Of a stretch of DNA of 64,000 nt, positions 1 to 9,993 are shown in pieces (position 1 is the first letter of the stretch; every line of letters begins with the position of its first letter). Below the pieces are notes generated by a model. It searched no databases. It saw only the letters and a list, made by a program, of their open reading frames with translations, and had not been told where the DNA came from. The DNA is from a virus, in IMG/VR virus record IMGVR_UViG_3300005549_000002, positions 1-64,000 of that record; one strand, written 5' to 3'. A program made the translations under genes and the position numbers.

Positions 1-98
1 TCCATGATGTTGACGGGGATGCCGCAGCAGGTTGCGTAGTAAGCGCGCATGACGCGGGCATCGATGGCTTTGGATGCGGCTTTCTGTTGACGTGTCAC
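1..98 (-). CDS. Hypothetical protein, truncated by window start
   Basis: GTG at 98 preceded by purine-rich AGAAAGAGAA; reads MTRQQKAASKAIDARVMRAYYATCCG; same strand as neighbours. Confidence 0.45.
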   Translation of the reverse strand, partial: MTRQQKAASKAIDARVMRAYYATCCGIPVNIM

Positions 99-169
99 TG
101 GGTTCTCTTTCTATTGCTCGAGTCGTGAGCAAGGAGGGGCGCCCGTTCACACCGGGCGCCCGACCACGA

Positions 170-1132
170 TCACGCTGCCATCTGGATAGCGGTCTCGAGA
201 GCACGCTTGTTCGTGCTGACCCCGCCCTGAAACCACAGGCGGTCGAGGCGTGTGTCGGCGTTCGCGCCGCGCTCGTACGAGAGGTACTCGGTCACGGCGT
301 TGTAAGCGGCCCACATGGTCCCGCGCACACCCGGGAGGCTGTTGCCGCGCCCGTTCTCGAATAGGTTCGTCACTGCAGAGAGCACGCGACCCTTCTCGGC
401 TTTTTTCGTCGTGTCCTCGTCGCTCGAGTCTTCTTTGCCAGGAGCGAAGACTCGGCAGACGTAGCGCGCGAGATCGGCGGAATTGATGTCGTGCGCTGCG
501 AGTCGGCGATACTGCTCGGCAGTCGCCTCGAATTGCGCGTTGGCGAGGTTCATGACGTCGCGCACGGCCTCGAGCGCATTGTCAACGTTGGCGACGTGGC
601 GGATGCGGACGAGCTTCGATCCGCCGTCACTGTGAGCGAGAGCGAGCGTGTTGGCGCAGACGACGCGAATCGGGGTGAACCCGACGCGCACGGCCATCGT
701 CCCGTCGTGGCTGTTCGAGAGCAGCACGTATTTGGAGACGATGTCGTTCGCCTTGGCGACGATGATGCTCGGCTCGCGATTGATCTTGGCAAGGACCCAG
801 ACGCGCGACCCTTGTCGAAGCGAGCCCGCGGTCTCGAAACAAGCTTCGCCCGACTGCACGAACGGATCGAAGAAGGCGAACGCGGCTTTATTCTGGACGG
901 GAACGTACTGCTCGCCGACGACGCCGAGGATGCGCTTGTCTGTCGAGCGTCGCGTGGCGAACGCGGGCGCGGTCTGACCGTCTGCAGTCTGCAGGCGCTC
1001 GGTGGAAACTTCCCAATCGAGTCCCGCGCAGCGAATCGCTTCCTCTGCGGAGGGGGGGTTCTCGAGCTTGGTGCCGAGCCCGTGCCACGGGGTTTCTTGG
1101 ACGTACATCATCGTTTCGATTTCGTGTGACAT
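170..1132 (-). CDS. DUF932-family phage/plasmid protein
   Basis: Start at MSHEIETMMYVQETPWHGLG (ATG 1132, AGAGG RBS). Motifs PWHGLG, ETAGSL..G.RVW, LLSNSHDG, TPIRVVCANTL and GTMWAAYNAVTEY are typical of DUF932. Confidence 0.85.
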   Translation of the reverse strand: MSHEIETMMYVQETPWHGLGTKLENPPSAEEAIRCAGLDWEVSTERLQTADGQTAPAFATRRSTDKRILGVVGEQYVPVQNKAAFAFFDPFVQSGEACFETAGSLRQGSRVWVLAKINREPSIIVAKANDIVSKYVLLSNSHDGTMAVRVGFTPIRVVCANTLALAHSDGGSKLVRIRHVANVDNALEAVRDVMNLANAQFEATAEQYRRLAAHDINSADLARYVCRVFAPGKEDSSDEDTTKKAEKGRVLSAVTNLFENGRGNSLPGVRGTMWAAYNAVTEYLSYERGANADTRLDRLWFQGGVSTNKRALETAIQMAA

Positions 1133-1193
1133 GTTGTTGCCTCTGTTCTTTTTTTTGGTTGTTGGGAATTGAAGTTTCGGAAAAGTCTTGGGG

Positions 1194-1550
1194 TTAGCCG
1201 ACGACGCGGCGCACGAGTTCGGCGACGTCAACGAGGTCGTTGTAGTCGTCGGCGTTGACGAACGGCTCGGACTTGCCGGCGACGAGCACGAGCAGCGTCG
1301 AGCAGAATCGGTCGATCTTCTTGAAGTCGGCGCCCGTCGCGCGAATCTCGTCGAGCTCAGTGCTCGTGATGCGATCGAACTTCCCACCGATGCAGCCGCG
1401 TCGGGGCGTGGCGAGCGTGTCGAGCAGATTGAAAAACTTGTCGGCGCTGCGGTCAGCGATGATCTCGAACGCATCGCTCACGACGCTCTCGGCGTTCGTG
1501 ATCGTGGCGACGGTGCGGCTCGTGGCGAGAACTTTGATTTGGGAATTCAT
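1194..1550 (-). CDS. Hypothetical early protein
   Basis: ORF from MNSQIKV, downstream of promoter-like repeat copy 1. Confidence 0.6.
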   Translation of the reverse strand: MNSQIKVLATSRTVATITNAESVVSDAFEIIADRSADKFFNLLDTLATPRRGCIGGKFDRITSTELDEIRATGADFKKIDRFCSTLLVLVAGKSEPFVNADDYNDLVDVAELVRRVVG

Positions 1551-1596
1551 TGTGGGTCTTTCGTTTCGGTTCGGGGTCACTTGCTACAATCTTCAT

Positions 1597-1634
1597 TCTG
1601 ACGGACCGCTAGCGCAGCGCAAGAACTTTCCCGC
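1597..1634 (-). promoter_or_regulatory. 38-bp direct repeat copy 1, putative leftward early promoter
   Basis: TCTGACGGACCGCTAGCGCAGCGCAAGaACTTTCCCGC, 37/38 identical to 1924-1961. Minus strand reads TTGCGC-16 nt-CAGAAT. Confidence 0.65.
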
Positions 1635-1654
1635 GCTGCCGGCGGAATATCCGC

Positions 1655-1879
1655 TTAGCGCTTGATTCCAAGCTTCCCGATGGGGAAGTCGTTCGCGGTC
1701 ATGTAGAGAACGTGCTCGATGACAGCGCCGACGATGCGCGCGTCGGTCTCGAACGTCGCGTTTCGCGGGACTTTCTCGCAGAATCGAACGTGCAAATCAG
1801 AGCTTCCGCTGACGGTCACTACCCACGTCCCCACTCGGACATACGTGGCACTCTTCTTGGCAATGAACTTGGTTTGCAT
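1655..1879 (-). CDS. Hypothetical early protein
   Basis: ORF from MQTKFIAKK, downstream of repeat copy 2; shares leader AACCGAAACGAAA with the previous gene. Confidence 0.55.
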   Translation of the reverse strand: MQTKFIAKKSATYVRVGTWVVTVSGSSDLHVRFCEKVPRNATFETDARIVGAVIEHVLYMTANDFPIGKLGIKR

Positions 1880-1923
1880 TGGGTGTCTCGCTCTCGTTTC
1901 GTTTCGGTTACTGCACTCATCAC

Positions 1924-1961
1924 TCTGACGGACCGCTAGCGCAGCGCAAGTACTTTCCCGC
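1924..1961 (-). promoter_or_regulatory. 38-bp direct repeat copy 2, putative leftward early promoter
   Basis: Near-identical to 1597-1634; intergenic, upstream of a minus-strand gene. Confidence 0.65.
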
Positions 1962-2009
1962 AGTTTCGCAGGGAAAGATGGGGGCTCGAGCGAATACGAG
2001 TAGTTAGCC

Positions 2010-2540
2010 GTGCCTGACAAAACCGACCCAGCGCTTGACTCTTCAGTAGAGAAGACGACGCAGCGGCACCCCGCGCTCGAGAGCGTGACTGAGCGCGTGC
2101 ATTACGTCGCCGATCTCATGGCGGCCGCGCTCTGGAACGAACGCACGTCGCGTCGCCTGCAGCGCGAGCTCGGGCAGCGCTGGGGCGTTTCGCCGAGCAC
2201 GATTCGAAACTACTCGACCGAGGCATCGCGCGCGATTCAGGATGCCATCATCGAGCGACGCGCCGCGATCGCGCAGCGCGCCATGGACCGCTTGGAAAAA
2301 ATCGGCGGCGTCGACATCGCAACGCCCGGCATTCCCGGGCTCGCCGGCGCCGTCGTGCATGCGAACGAGCTGCTCCTCAAGATTAGCGGCTTCGCCGAGC
2401 CCGACGAGGACAAGGCGCACCCGCTCGCGGGCCCCGCGGTCGTCATCAACATGACGGGCGCGACCGATCCCGGATCGGAAACCCCGGGCGCCGCGCCCGC
2501 GCCCGCATCCGAACCGCCACCGCCCGATGCTCCGGTTTAA
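2010..2540 (+). CDS. Putative terminase small subunit
   Basis: Overlaps the start of TerL; HTH-like segment (ELGQRWGVSPSTIRNY); helical middle and disordered C-terminus. Confidence 0.6.
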   Translation: MPDKTDPALDSSVEKTTQRHPALESVTERVHYVADLMAAALWNERTSRRLQRELGQRWGVSPSTIRNYSTEASRAIQDAIIERRAAIAQRAMDRLEKIGGVDIATPGIPGLAGAVVHANELLLKISGFAEPDEDKAHPLAGPAVVINMTGATDPGSETPGAAPAPASEPPPPDAPV

Positions 2541-3873
2541 TCTCGACTCGTTTCAGGAGCGCGCGTTTTGGGAATGCGTGCCCGGAACGATTGCGACCTA
2601 CCCGTGGGGTCGCGGCGCTGGCAAAACGTTTCTCGGCCGCGCGCTCATCCACTCGCAGGCGTTCACTCGCCAAGGAATTCACGTCGGGCTCCTCATGCCG
2701 ACGCTCAAGCAGGCGCGCCAGGTTTTCTGGCCGGGCCTGCTCGCCGACTTCGAAGGGCCGCTGCGCAAGCGCATCCACGGGCGACCCAATCGCACGCTGC
2801 TCGAGGCGACCTACGAGAACGGCTCGCGCCTCACCACCTGGGGAGCGGAGAACGCGGGCGGCATCCGCGGTCAGCGCTTCGATGTCATCATCGAGGACGA
2901 GACCGACGACATCGCGCCCGAGGTGGAGCAAGCCGTCGTCCGCCCCACCTTCAGCCGCTCGGGCGTCAACGCCCTGTGGGTGAAGTTCGGCACGCCGCGG
3001 CGCGGCCGCGCGGGCTCGCTCTTCGGAAGTTTCAACCGCGCGCAGCGAAAGCAATCCCGCTACACCGGCTTCGCGCTGCGCTCGTGCGAGTCGCCGCAGG
3101 TGGATCAGGCGTGGCTCGACGGCGTCAAAGACGACACGCCCCCCGACATTTACGCGCGCGAGTATGACGTCAATTTCGACGCCGCCGGCGGACGGGTCTA
3201 CGGCGACGTCTTCAACGAGAAGTTCCACGTCCGCATCCCGCCCGAGGAAACCCAGTGGACGGAGATCCTCATCGGCGCCGACCACGGCTGGGAAGATCCC
3301 GGCTGCCTGCTGCTCATCGGCGTGCTCGGCTCGGGCCGCGACGCCGTCGCGTGGGTGCTCGATGAAATCTACGAACGTCACCGCGCCGATAGCTGGTGGG
3401 TCGATGCCCTGAAACCGTGGACCGAATGGTACCCGCGGCACAAGTTCTACGGCGATCCGTCGCGCCCCGGGCTCGTCGAGGACTATCGCAAGCTCGCCCA
3501 CGCGCGCGTGCAGGAAGTCGACAACGCGATCGAGGACGGGCTTGCCGCCGTCGCCGATCGGTTCCTCATCCGCGGCCGCTACGATGACAAGGGCGAGCTG
3601 CTCGAGCGCTACGCCCGCCTCTACATCCACCCGCGCTGCGTCAACACGCTCACCGAGCTCGGCGCCACGGTCGCGCCGTTCGAAAACCACAAGCCGCTCG
3701 ACGGCATCGGGCCCTACATGCGCAAAAAGGACCCGCTGCTCGAGCTGCGCTACCTCGAAGAAATCGTCGACCGCAACAACCACGCAATGGACGCGCTCCG
3801 TTACCCCATCCTGAACCGGTTCGGGAAGCCCCTGAGCCAGCGCAACGCCGCGCCCTACGACGCCAGGAGCTGA
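2527..3873 (+). CDS. terL: Terminase large subunit
   Basis: Walker A GRGAGKT, Walker B IIEDE, coupling motif GTP, nuclease GADHGWEDP and NHAMDALRY. Confidence 0.93.
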   Translation: MLRFNLDSFQERAFWECVPGTIATYPWGRGAGKTFLGRALIHSQAFTRQGIHVGLLMPTLKQARQVFWPGLLADFEGPLRKRIHGRPNRTLLEATYENGSRLTTWGAENAGGIRGQRFDVIIEDETDDIAPEVEQAVVRPTFSRSGVNALWVKFGTPRRGRAGSLFGSFNRAQRKQSRYTGFALRSCESPQVDQAWLDGVKDDTPPDIYAREYDVNFDAAGGRVYGDVFNEKFHVRIPPEETQWTEILIGADHGWEDPGCLLLIGVLGSGRDAVAWVLDEIYERHRADSWWVDALKPWTEWYPRHKFYGDPSRPGLVEDYRKLAHARVQEVDNAIEDGLAAVADRFLIRGRYDDKGELLERYARLYIHPRCVNTLTELGATVAPFENHKPLDGIGPYMRKKDPLLELRYLEEIVDRNNHAMDALRYPILNRFGKPLSQRNAAPYDARS

Positions 3874-3898
3874 CCTCGGCAGGCGCCACAAAACGCCC

Positions 3899-5731
3899 AT
3901 GGCCGAGACTTCCTACGACGCGACGATCAAGCCGCAGCACTTCGCGAAGCTCGAGCGCTACAAGACGCTCGGCAAGCTCCGCGGGTACTACGCCAGCACG
4001 CAATACGAGGGGCGGCCCGATTTTTTCACCGGCCAGCGAACGCCGCACGACAAGCCCGTGCCGCTGCGCGAGCGTAAGCCCTGCGTCATCTACCCGCTGC
4101 CGAAGAACGCCGTCCACCAGGTGGTCAGGTTCACGTTCGGCGAGAGCCGCTTTCCGACCATCGCCGTCGAGGCTGTCGAGAAAGCCGAAGACGCCGTCTT
4201 CGGGCTCACGCTCGCCGACGACGAGTCCGAGACGCTCGAAAAATACATCGCCAAGCTCATCGAGACGAGCGCCCTCAAGCCGACCATGCGGCGCCTCATG
4301 CGCCCCGGGCTCGCCGTCGGAACCAGCGTCGCCATCCTCGTCGTTCGCAACGGCTGCTTTCGGATCGATATCGCCAACGCCGAAGATTGCATGCCCACTT
4401 TCCAGGGCGGCGACGTCAACGGCGACGTCCTCGCGCTCACCTGGTGCTACCCGTACAACAAGACCGTTCCGAACCGGCAGACGGGCGTGCCCGAGGTGCA
4501 GCGCACCTGGTACCGGCAAGACATTACCGAGGCGGCGTACGTCCTCTACAAGGAAGTCCCCGTCGAAGCCGGCATCGAGCCCGTGTGGCTCGTCGAGAAA
4601 GTCATCCCGCATACCTTCGGGTTCTGCCCGGTGCGCTGGATCCGCAACCTGCACGAGGAGGACTCGGGCAGCATCGACGGGATGAGCCTGTACGATGACC
4701 TGTTCGATGAATTCGACGCGCTCAATTTCGCGCTCTCGCAGCGGCACCGCGGCATCCACCACTTCGGCACCCCGCAGCCTTGGGAAACCGGCGTCGACGA
4801 AGACGACGGACCCGCTCCGACGGGGCGTAAATCCATCGGCACGCCCGGGTTTCAGCCGGCCGGCGGCCCCTCGCCGCACGGCGTGATCCTCGGCGCCGAC
4901 GGCTCGCCCGCGCGCAAGGGCGGTCCCGATCAGGTTTGGAGTTACTCGGGCAAGGAGGTGAGGCTCGGCGTCCTCGAGACGACGGGAAAAGCCTTCGAGG
5001 TTTCCACCCTTCACGTCAACGACATCCGCGCCCGCGTGCTCGAGAGCATGTCGGTCGTGCTCGTGAACATCTCGGAAATCGCCGGGCGCACCCAGCAAGG
5101 CCAGATGTCGGCGAAGTTCCTCGAGCTCGCCTACGAGCCGCTCCTCGCCGTGGTCGACGAGATGCGCCACTGCTGGTGGCCGCTCGGCCTGCAGGCGATC
5201 CTATCGATGATGCTGCGCGCGACCGTCGCGCTCGGCGGCAAAGATCTCTTGATCCCGGGCGCCGAGGGCGCGGCCGCCATCCTGCAGAAATTTCTCACCC
5301 GAACGACGGCGGGCCCGATGTGGGTGCCGCCGACGATGACCCCCAACTGGGGCGACTACTTCGCGGCCGGCCCCGAAGAAATCAACCAGGCGATCACCGC
5401 GGCGAAGACCGCCAACGAAGCGCACCTCGTTCCCATGGAGGACGCGGTGAAATACGTGCTGCCCTACTTCGGGCGCGAGGACGTGCAGGAAGCGCTCGAC
5501 GAAATCGAAGACGACAAGGCCGAGGCGCAAGCGCTCGCGCAAGAAACGGCCATGAACGAAGCGGCCGCGCTCCATGCGGCGGGCGGCATCAAGCCGCCAG
5601 GCGGTGACGGTGCCCCGACCCCGACGAAGCCAACGCCAAGAGCACGACGAGGAGGAAAGTCGAAAAAGGATGCTGCTCGTCGAGGCGGCGGCGCTGGCGC
5701 TCCTTTTGGCAAGACGCCGAAAGGCGGTTGA
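3899..5731 (+). CDS. Portal protein
   Basis: 610 aa directly after TerL; FGFCPVRWIRN and LFDEFDALNFALS resemble SPP1-type portals. Confidence 0.8.
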   Translation: MAETSYDATIKPQHFAKLERYKTLGKLRGYYASTQYEGRPDFFTGQRTPHDKPVPLRERKPCVIYPLPKNAVHQVVRFTFGESRFPTIAVEAVEKAEDAVFGLTLADDESETLEKYIAKLIETSALKPTMRRLMRPGLAVGTSVAILVVRNGCFRIDIANAEDCMPTFQGGDVNGDVLALTWCYPYNKTVPNRQTGVPEVQRTWYRQDITEAAYVLYKEVPVEAGIEPVWLVEKVIPHTFGFCPVRWIRNLHEEDSGSIDGMSLYDDLFDEFDALNFALSQRHRGIHHFGTPQPWETGVDEDDGPAPTGRKSIGTPGFQPAGGPSPHGVILGADGSPARKGGPDQVWSYSGKEVRLGVLETTGKAFEVSTLHVNDIRARVLESMSVVLVNISEIAGRTQQGQMSAKFLELAYEPLLAVVDEMRHCWWPLGLQAILSMMLRATVALGGKDLLIPGAEGAAAILQKFLTRTTAGPMWVPPTMTPNWGDYFAAGPEEINQAITAAKTANEAHLVPMEDAVKYVLPYFGREDVQEALDEIEDDKAEAQALAQETAMNEAAALHAAGGIKPPGGDGAPTPTKPTPRARRGGKSKKDAARRGGGAGAPFGKTPKGG

Positions 5732-6314
5732 GCAAGCCCTCAAGGCCGGTCAGTGGCCGGCCCTCGGCATCTTCGCCGCGCTCCAGCACACGATCGCCCT
5801 CACGCGCGAGGCGGCGCGCATGCTGGCCTTCGCACGCCTGCAGCTGCAGTTTCCGGATCTCCCCCTCATGCGCTCCCCGTTCGGCCCCGGCGTCGATCGG
5901 ATCCGCGCCGGCCAGATCGCGCGCCGGCAAGTGGCCGATCTCGAGCTCCGCGTGGCGCGGCTCGAGCTCGCCGAGCTTTCCGCGGAGCGCAGGTGGGCGA
6001 TCGCGCTCGCCAAGACCGAGGGGCGCGTCGCCGCGACCGCCGCCACCGAAACCTTTTCCGCCGCGAGCGCGGAGCGAACCCTCGTCACCCGCCAGCTCGG
6101 CGGCGGCTACCAGCTCTTGAAAGTTTGGGACGCGCAGCTCGACGCCTGTCCCATCTGCTTTCGGATGGACGGCATCACCGTCCCCGTGAGCGCGCATTTC
6201 CCCGGGGGGCTTGAGCCGGCGATGGTGCACCCGTGGTGCCGCTGCTGGTGCACGATCATCCGAGGCTTCCCACGACGACGAACCTTCCCGCTAGAGCCGC
6301 GCGAAGCGGCATGA
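5670..6314 (+). CDS. Minor head morphogenesis protein (Mu gpF/SPP1 gp7-like)
   Basis: KVWDAQLDACPICFRMDG and P..HPWCRC motifs; follows portal; ATG 5670 after AAAGG. Confidence 0.75.
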   Translation: MLLVEAAALALLLARRRKAVEQALKAGQWPALGIFAALQHTIALTREAARMLAFARLQLQFPDLPLMRSPFGPGVDRIRAGQIARRQVADLELRVARLELAELSAERRWAIALAKTEGRVAATAATETFSAASAERTLVTRQLGGGYQLLKVWDAQLDACPICFRMDGITVPVSAHFPGGLEPAMVHPWCRCWCTIIRGFPRRRTFPLEPREAA

Positions 6315-6327
6315 GGACACAACCGCC

Positions 6328-6555
6328 ATGGCCTATTTCTGCACCAAAACCGGCAAGCGCATCGTAGCCCCCGGCGTCTGCAAGGAAGTCGATCCCGAAA
6401 ACGGGCAGGACGAATGTAACGAGGGCGATCCCGAGCCGAAAGCACCGAAGGCCAAGGCGAGCGAGGCTGCGTCGAAGACGGACGAGCACGCCGATCCGAA
6501 GACGACGCACGCCGCCGAGCACCACGATCACAAGTCGCCCAAGGGCGGCAAGTAA
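6328..6555 (+). CDS. Small hypothetical protein
   Basis: GAGGA RBS, host-like codon usage, 75 aa. Confidence 0.6.
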   Translation: MAYFCTKTGKRIVAPGVCKEVDPENGQDECNEGDPEPKAPKAKASEAASKTDEHADPKTTHAAEHHDHKSPKGGK

Positions 6556-6615
6556 ACCTCCGCAAGTTCACCGACAAACTCACCCGCTACCCGCGGACCA
6601 ACTGGAGATCTACCG

Positions 6616-7002
6616 ATGGCCGTTATCAATGGAACCGTGTGGAGCGTCGCGACCCTGGAAGCAGACGCTGTCTCGAACCTGCAGAAGGCCCTGGTGCTGT
6701 TCACGCTCACGGGCACCTATGCGCAAGCCGACGACGCCGCGCTCCTGCTCGTGACGACCGCGATCCAGAACAGCCGCCGTAATGGCAAGGCTGTCACCCT
6801 GGTCGGCGCGATCCTCGACAAGCCCGCCACCAAAGCCTCCGATCCGGCGGCGATCCTCGGTCTGAAAACCGTCGCCGTCTCGACGACGGGCCTCACCTTC
6901 GAGGTAACCGACGGCGACTTCGCCACCGAGTTTGCCAACGCAACCGCGATGGCGGCGCAATCGCGTCCCTTCTCGGTGCTGGTCGCGTTCACCGAGGCGT
7001 AA
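6616..7002 (+). CDS. Putative virion structural protein
   Basis: GGAG RBS; Ala/Thr/Val-rich; in the head module. Confidence 0.55.
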   Translation: MAVINGTVWSVATLEADAVSNLQKALVLFTLTGTYAQADDAALLLVTTAIQNSRRNGKAVTLVGAILDKPATKASDPAAILGLKTVAVSTTGLTFEVTDGDFATEFANATAMAAQSRPFSVLVAFTEA

Positions 7003-7103
7003 AAATTCCCGAAGGCGCGCGTCCTCGCGGCGGCGCGCGCCTCCGTAGCTCGAGCCGCAACCTCCAACGCTCTCGCGGGCGATATCGCGAGTAGGAGCGA
7101 CAG

Positions 7104-7742
7104 ATGACCCCCCCCGATGATCCGGCCCCCGCGCCGAACGGCGAAAAAACGCCCGCAGTTCCACCCCCCGCACCCGCGCCGGTCAACATGACGAGCGACC
7201 AGCTGAAGGTGCGGCTCGACGAAACACGCTCCTCCGCGGAAAAAGCGAAGGAGCACGAGATGCTCAAGGCCCTCGGGTTCAAGAGCATGGACGAAGCCAA
7301 GGCCGCTACCGCCAAGGCCAAGGAACAGCAGGACGCGCAGCTCTCGGAAAACGAGCGCTACAAAAAACAGGTCGAGGAGCTCCGGCCGAAGGTCGAACGA
7401 GGAGAGCGCTACGAGTCGCTCGCCAAGACGATCGTCGACGAACGCTTCGCGAAATTGCCGGAGGCGGCTCGTACCGCCATCGACGCCATCGCGAAGGGAG
7501 ATCCCGAGCAACGCTTCCAGCTCATGCGCATGGCGGAGGCGCTGCAACCCGTCGGTGCCCCAGCGCCGCCGGCGGCAACGCCTCCGGCGAACATCGCACC
7601 GCCGGCCGCGCCGCCTCCATCAGGACAGCAGACGAAATTCCAAGAGTACGAGGCCATGCGGGCAAAGAGCCCGGTCCTCGGCGACATCTTCTACCAATCC
7701 AACACGCGGGAGATCGAAGCAACGCGGCCTCCCGCCACGTAG
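7104..7742 (+). CDS. Putative capsid scaffolding protein
   Basis: AGGAG RBS; coiled-coil Lys/Glu core with Pro-rich ends; immediately upstream of the capsid gene. Confidence 0.7.
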   Translation: MTPPDDPAPAPNGEKTPAVPPPAPAPVNMTSDQLKVRLDETRSSAEKAKEHEMLKALGFKSMDEAKAATAKAKEQQDAQLSENERYKKQVEELRPKVERGERYESLAKTIVDERFAKLPEAARTAIDAIAKGDPEQRFQLMRMAEALQPVGAPAPPAATPPANIAPPAAPPPSGQQTKFQEYEAMRAKSPVLGDIFYQSNTREIEATRPPAT

Positions 7743-7757
7743 CGAGGGAAACAAACC

Positions 7758-8948
7758 ATGAGCGCAATTAGCCGCGGCACGCTGCCGCAAAATTTCGTTG
7801 ATTCGACTTCAACGGGAATGCGGCTGCCTTCGCCCGAGCCCCAGTATTGGTTTGCACGGGCGGCGATGGCCGGGCGGCTTTCGCTCGAGGCCCTTCGGGT
7901 CGGAGCGCCTACCGTTCAACAATTCTTGTCCATGATGGGCAACGGCGTCCAGCTGCCGCCCGATCTCGACCAGATGATGCGGGCTGCCGATGCCTACCCA
8001 GGCATGGTGCAGGCCGTCGATGAGTTCGGCAAGGAAGGCGGCGACACCGTCAAATTCCAGCGCGACGTCTACCCGTCGACCACGACCGGGCTGACCGAGG
8101 ACTCGCGCGTGCACGTTGCCGAGACGACCATCTCGACGACGGGCCAAGCCGTCAAGCAAGAGGAAGTGCCGGTCGTCCTGAAGGAATACAAGGGCCCCTG
8201 GAACGACGTCAGCGCGCAGGTCGATCCCTACGCGATCATCAATTTCGACGCGAAGTACCGCAAGAACCGGGAGGCGCTCGCGACCATCACGACGCGCTTC
8301 CTCCGCCGCGACTACATCCGCTGGCTCGATCGCGTGATCCGTAACCGCTTCATTGCGGACACCGGCAACGCCAACATCACGCTTCCCTCGGGCATCTCGG
8401 CGGTGACCGGGTTCGCCGCCGGCGGAGGCGCCAGCATTTCGCTCGAGCAGATCTTGGCGGCTCGCAAGGCGCTGTCCGATCGCGAGTGGGCGAAGTTCCC
8501 GAATGGGCGCTACGTGTGCGTCGTCCCGACGGCGTTCAACACCCAGATGATTTCCGATGTCGATTACCGGGAGCTGTCGAAAAACCACACCGACGGGCGT
8601 AACCAGCTCTTCGGTTACATCGGCTCGGTGCAGGACGTCGACTTCTTCGAGGTGACAACGACCGCGAACTACGCGCCCACCGCCACCGACGCCAATGCCT
8701 ACAAGACCACGGTCAACGGCGCGACGGTGGGAACGGGCGTGAACCTCGCCGAGGCGCTGCTGTTCGGGCCCGGCGTCGTCGGGTTCGGCACCGCCGTCTC
8801 GGATCAGCAGGGCGCCATCGGCCCCGAGGTTCGCTACGCGGACGACACCAACTACGGCACGATCGCCAAGGTCATCTGGTACGCCCTGCACGCGTTCCAA
8901 ACGCTCGACATCCGCGGTGTTCAGCGGATCCTCTTTCAGACTGCCTGA
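7758..8948 (+). CDS. Major capsid protein (HK97 fold, putative)
   Basis: 396 aa after scaffold; GKEGGDTVKF and DTNYGTIAKVIWYAL resemble N4-gp56-like capsid proteins. Confidence 0.8.
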   Translation: MSAISRGTLPQNFVDSTSTGMRLPSPEPQYWFARAAMAGRLSLEALRVGAPTVQQFLSMMGNGVQLPPDLDQMMRAADAYPGMVQAVDEFGKEGGDTVKFQRDVYPSTTTGLTEDSRVHVAETTISTTGQAVKQEEVPVVLKEYKGPWNDVSAQVDPYAIINFDAKYRKNREALATITTRFLRRDYIRWLDRVIRNRFIADTGNANITLPSGISAVTGFAAGGGASISLEQILAARKALSDREWAKFPNGRYVCVVPTAFNTQMISDVDYRELSKNHTDGRNQLFGYIGSVQDVDFFEVTTTANYAPTATDANAYKTTVNGATVGTGVNLAEALLFGPGVVGFGTAVSDQQGAIGPEVRYADDTNYGTIAKVIWYALHAFQTLDIRGVQRILFQTA

Positions 8949-8993
8949 TCTCGGCTGCCGGGATTCGATTCGGACGATTCGGAGGAACACACC

Positions 8994-9374
8994 ATGGCAT
9001 CCGGTACCTATAACAAGCAGGTCGCGGCGCGGGCAGCCGCCATTCTCACGACAGGTGAGGTGGCGGGCGCGTCGTTCGATCTCAACGAGGCTTTCAATTC
9101 ACAGGTTTCCGTCTTTCTCGATTTCACGATCGGATCACTCACCAACGTGATCGCGCGTTTCTACGCGAGCATGGACGGCACGACCTTCTACCCGATTGCG
9201 GCGCCGACGGGCGCCGTCATGACCGAGACCATCACGGCGAACGGGACGCGCGCCTACACGCTCCCGTCACTCTGCGGGTGGAAGTACTTTCGCGCGTCGC
9301 TCCAAGGCACCGGCACGGCAACGAGCTCCACCGCGACGATGACCTACCGGTACCTGCGCCGCGGATCGCAGTAA
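8994..9374 (+). CDS. Putative capsid decoration/structural protein
   Basis: GGAGGA RBS; beta-rich composition (ASMDGTTFYP, WKYFRA); follows capsid gene. Confidence 0.55.
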   Translation: MASGTYNKQVAARAAAILTTGEVAGASFDLNEAFNSQVSVFLDFTIGSLTNVIARFYASMDGTTFYPIAAPTGAVMTETITANGTRAYTLPSLCGWKYFRASLQGTGTATSSTATMTYRYLRRGSQ

Positions 9375-9380
9375 CCGGCG

Positions 9381-9992
9381 ATGGCCGTCACCGACGCGGA
9401 GATCGAGTCGCTCCGGTACCATCTCGGGTACGGCAATCTCGGTGTGGGCGGCTACCCGTACACGCCCGATGGGTTCCTCGAGCTCTTTCGGGACGTCATC
9501 CAGCCGAACCTGACGGGCGGGACCGAAACGACGGCGACGACCGCCATCACGGCCGGCTCGACCACCGCGGTCACGCCGGCCTCGATGACCGGCATCGTCG
9601 TTAACGCCCGCCTCGTCGTCGATGTCGGCGATCTCGCCGAGATCGTCCCGGTCAAGAGCGTCACCCTGACGACCTTTTCCGCGGTGTTCGTGAGCGCCCA
9701 CCCCGCGAGCGGCTACCCGATCGCGCTCCTCGGTGGGCAGGCGCGGCTTCGCTACCTCTTGCACCGCGCCGACTCCGCCGAGACGCTCTCGCTCGCGGCG
9801 GACGTCGGACTCTTGGCGGGCCTAAAGCAAGTGGACAAGGGCGACGTCGAGTGGTTTCAGTCGGGCTCGGGCGGCAGCAGCGTGCTCATCACGCGCCAGA
9901 AAGCCTACCAGCAGATCCGCCGCCAGCTGTCGAGCCTCGTGCGCGTCCCGCTCGCCGACGAAGGCGAGTCCACGGTCGTCGAGGCGTACTGA
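9381..9992 (+). CDS. Putative head-tail adaptor
   Basis: Synteny; N-terminal TDAEIESLRYHLGY and KQVDKGDVEW segment. Confidence 0.55.
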   Translation: MAVTDAEIESLRYHLGYGNLGVGGYPYTPDGFLELFRDVIQPNLTGGTETTATTAITAGSTTAVTPASMTGIVVNARLVVDVGDLAEIVPVKSVTLTTFSAVFVSAHPASGYPIALLGGQARLRYLLHRADSAETLSLAADVGLLAGLKQVDKGDVEWFQSGSGGSSVLITRQKAYQQIRRQLSSLVRVPLADEGESTVVEAY

Positions 9993-9993
9993 C

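Noticed and set aside
1133-1474. N-terminal extension of the 434-aa ORF at 170-1474
   Set aside because: Arg/Ser-rich shadow of the upstream gene; family motifs and RBS place the start at 1132.
7010-7095. GC-rich hairpins upstream of the scaffold gene
   Set aside because: Such stems are common at this GC content; no U tract or second copy supports a function.
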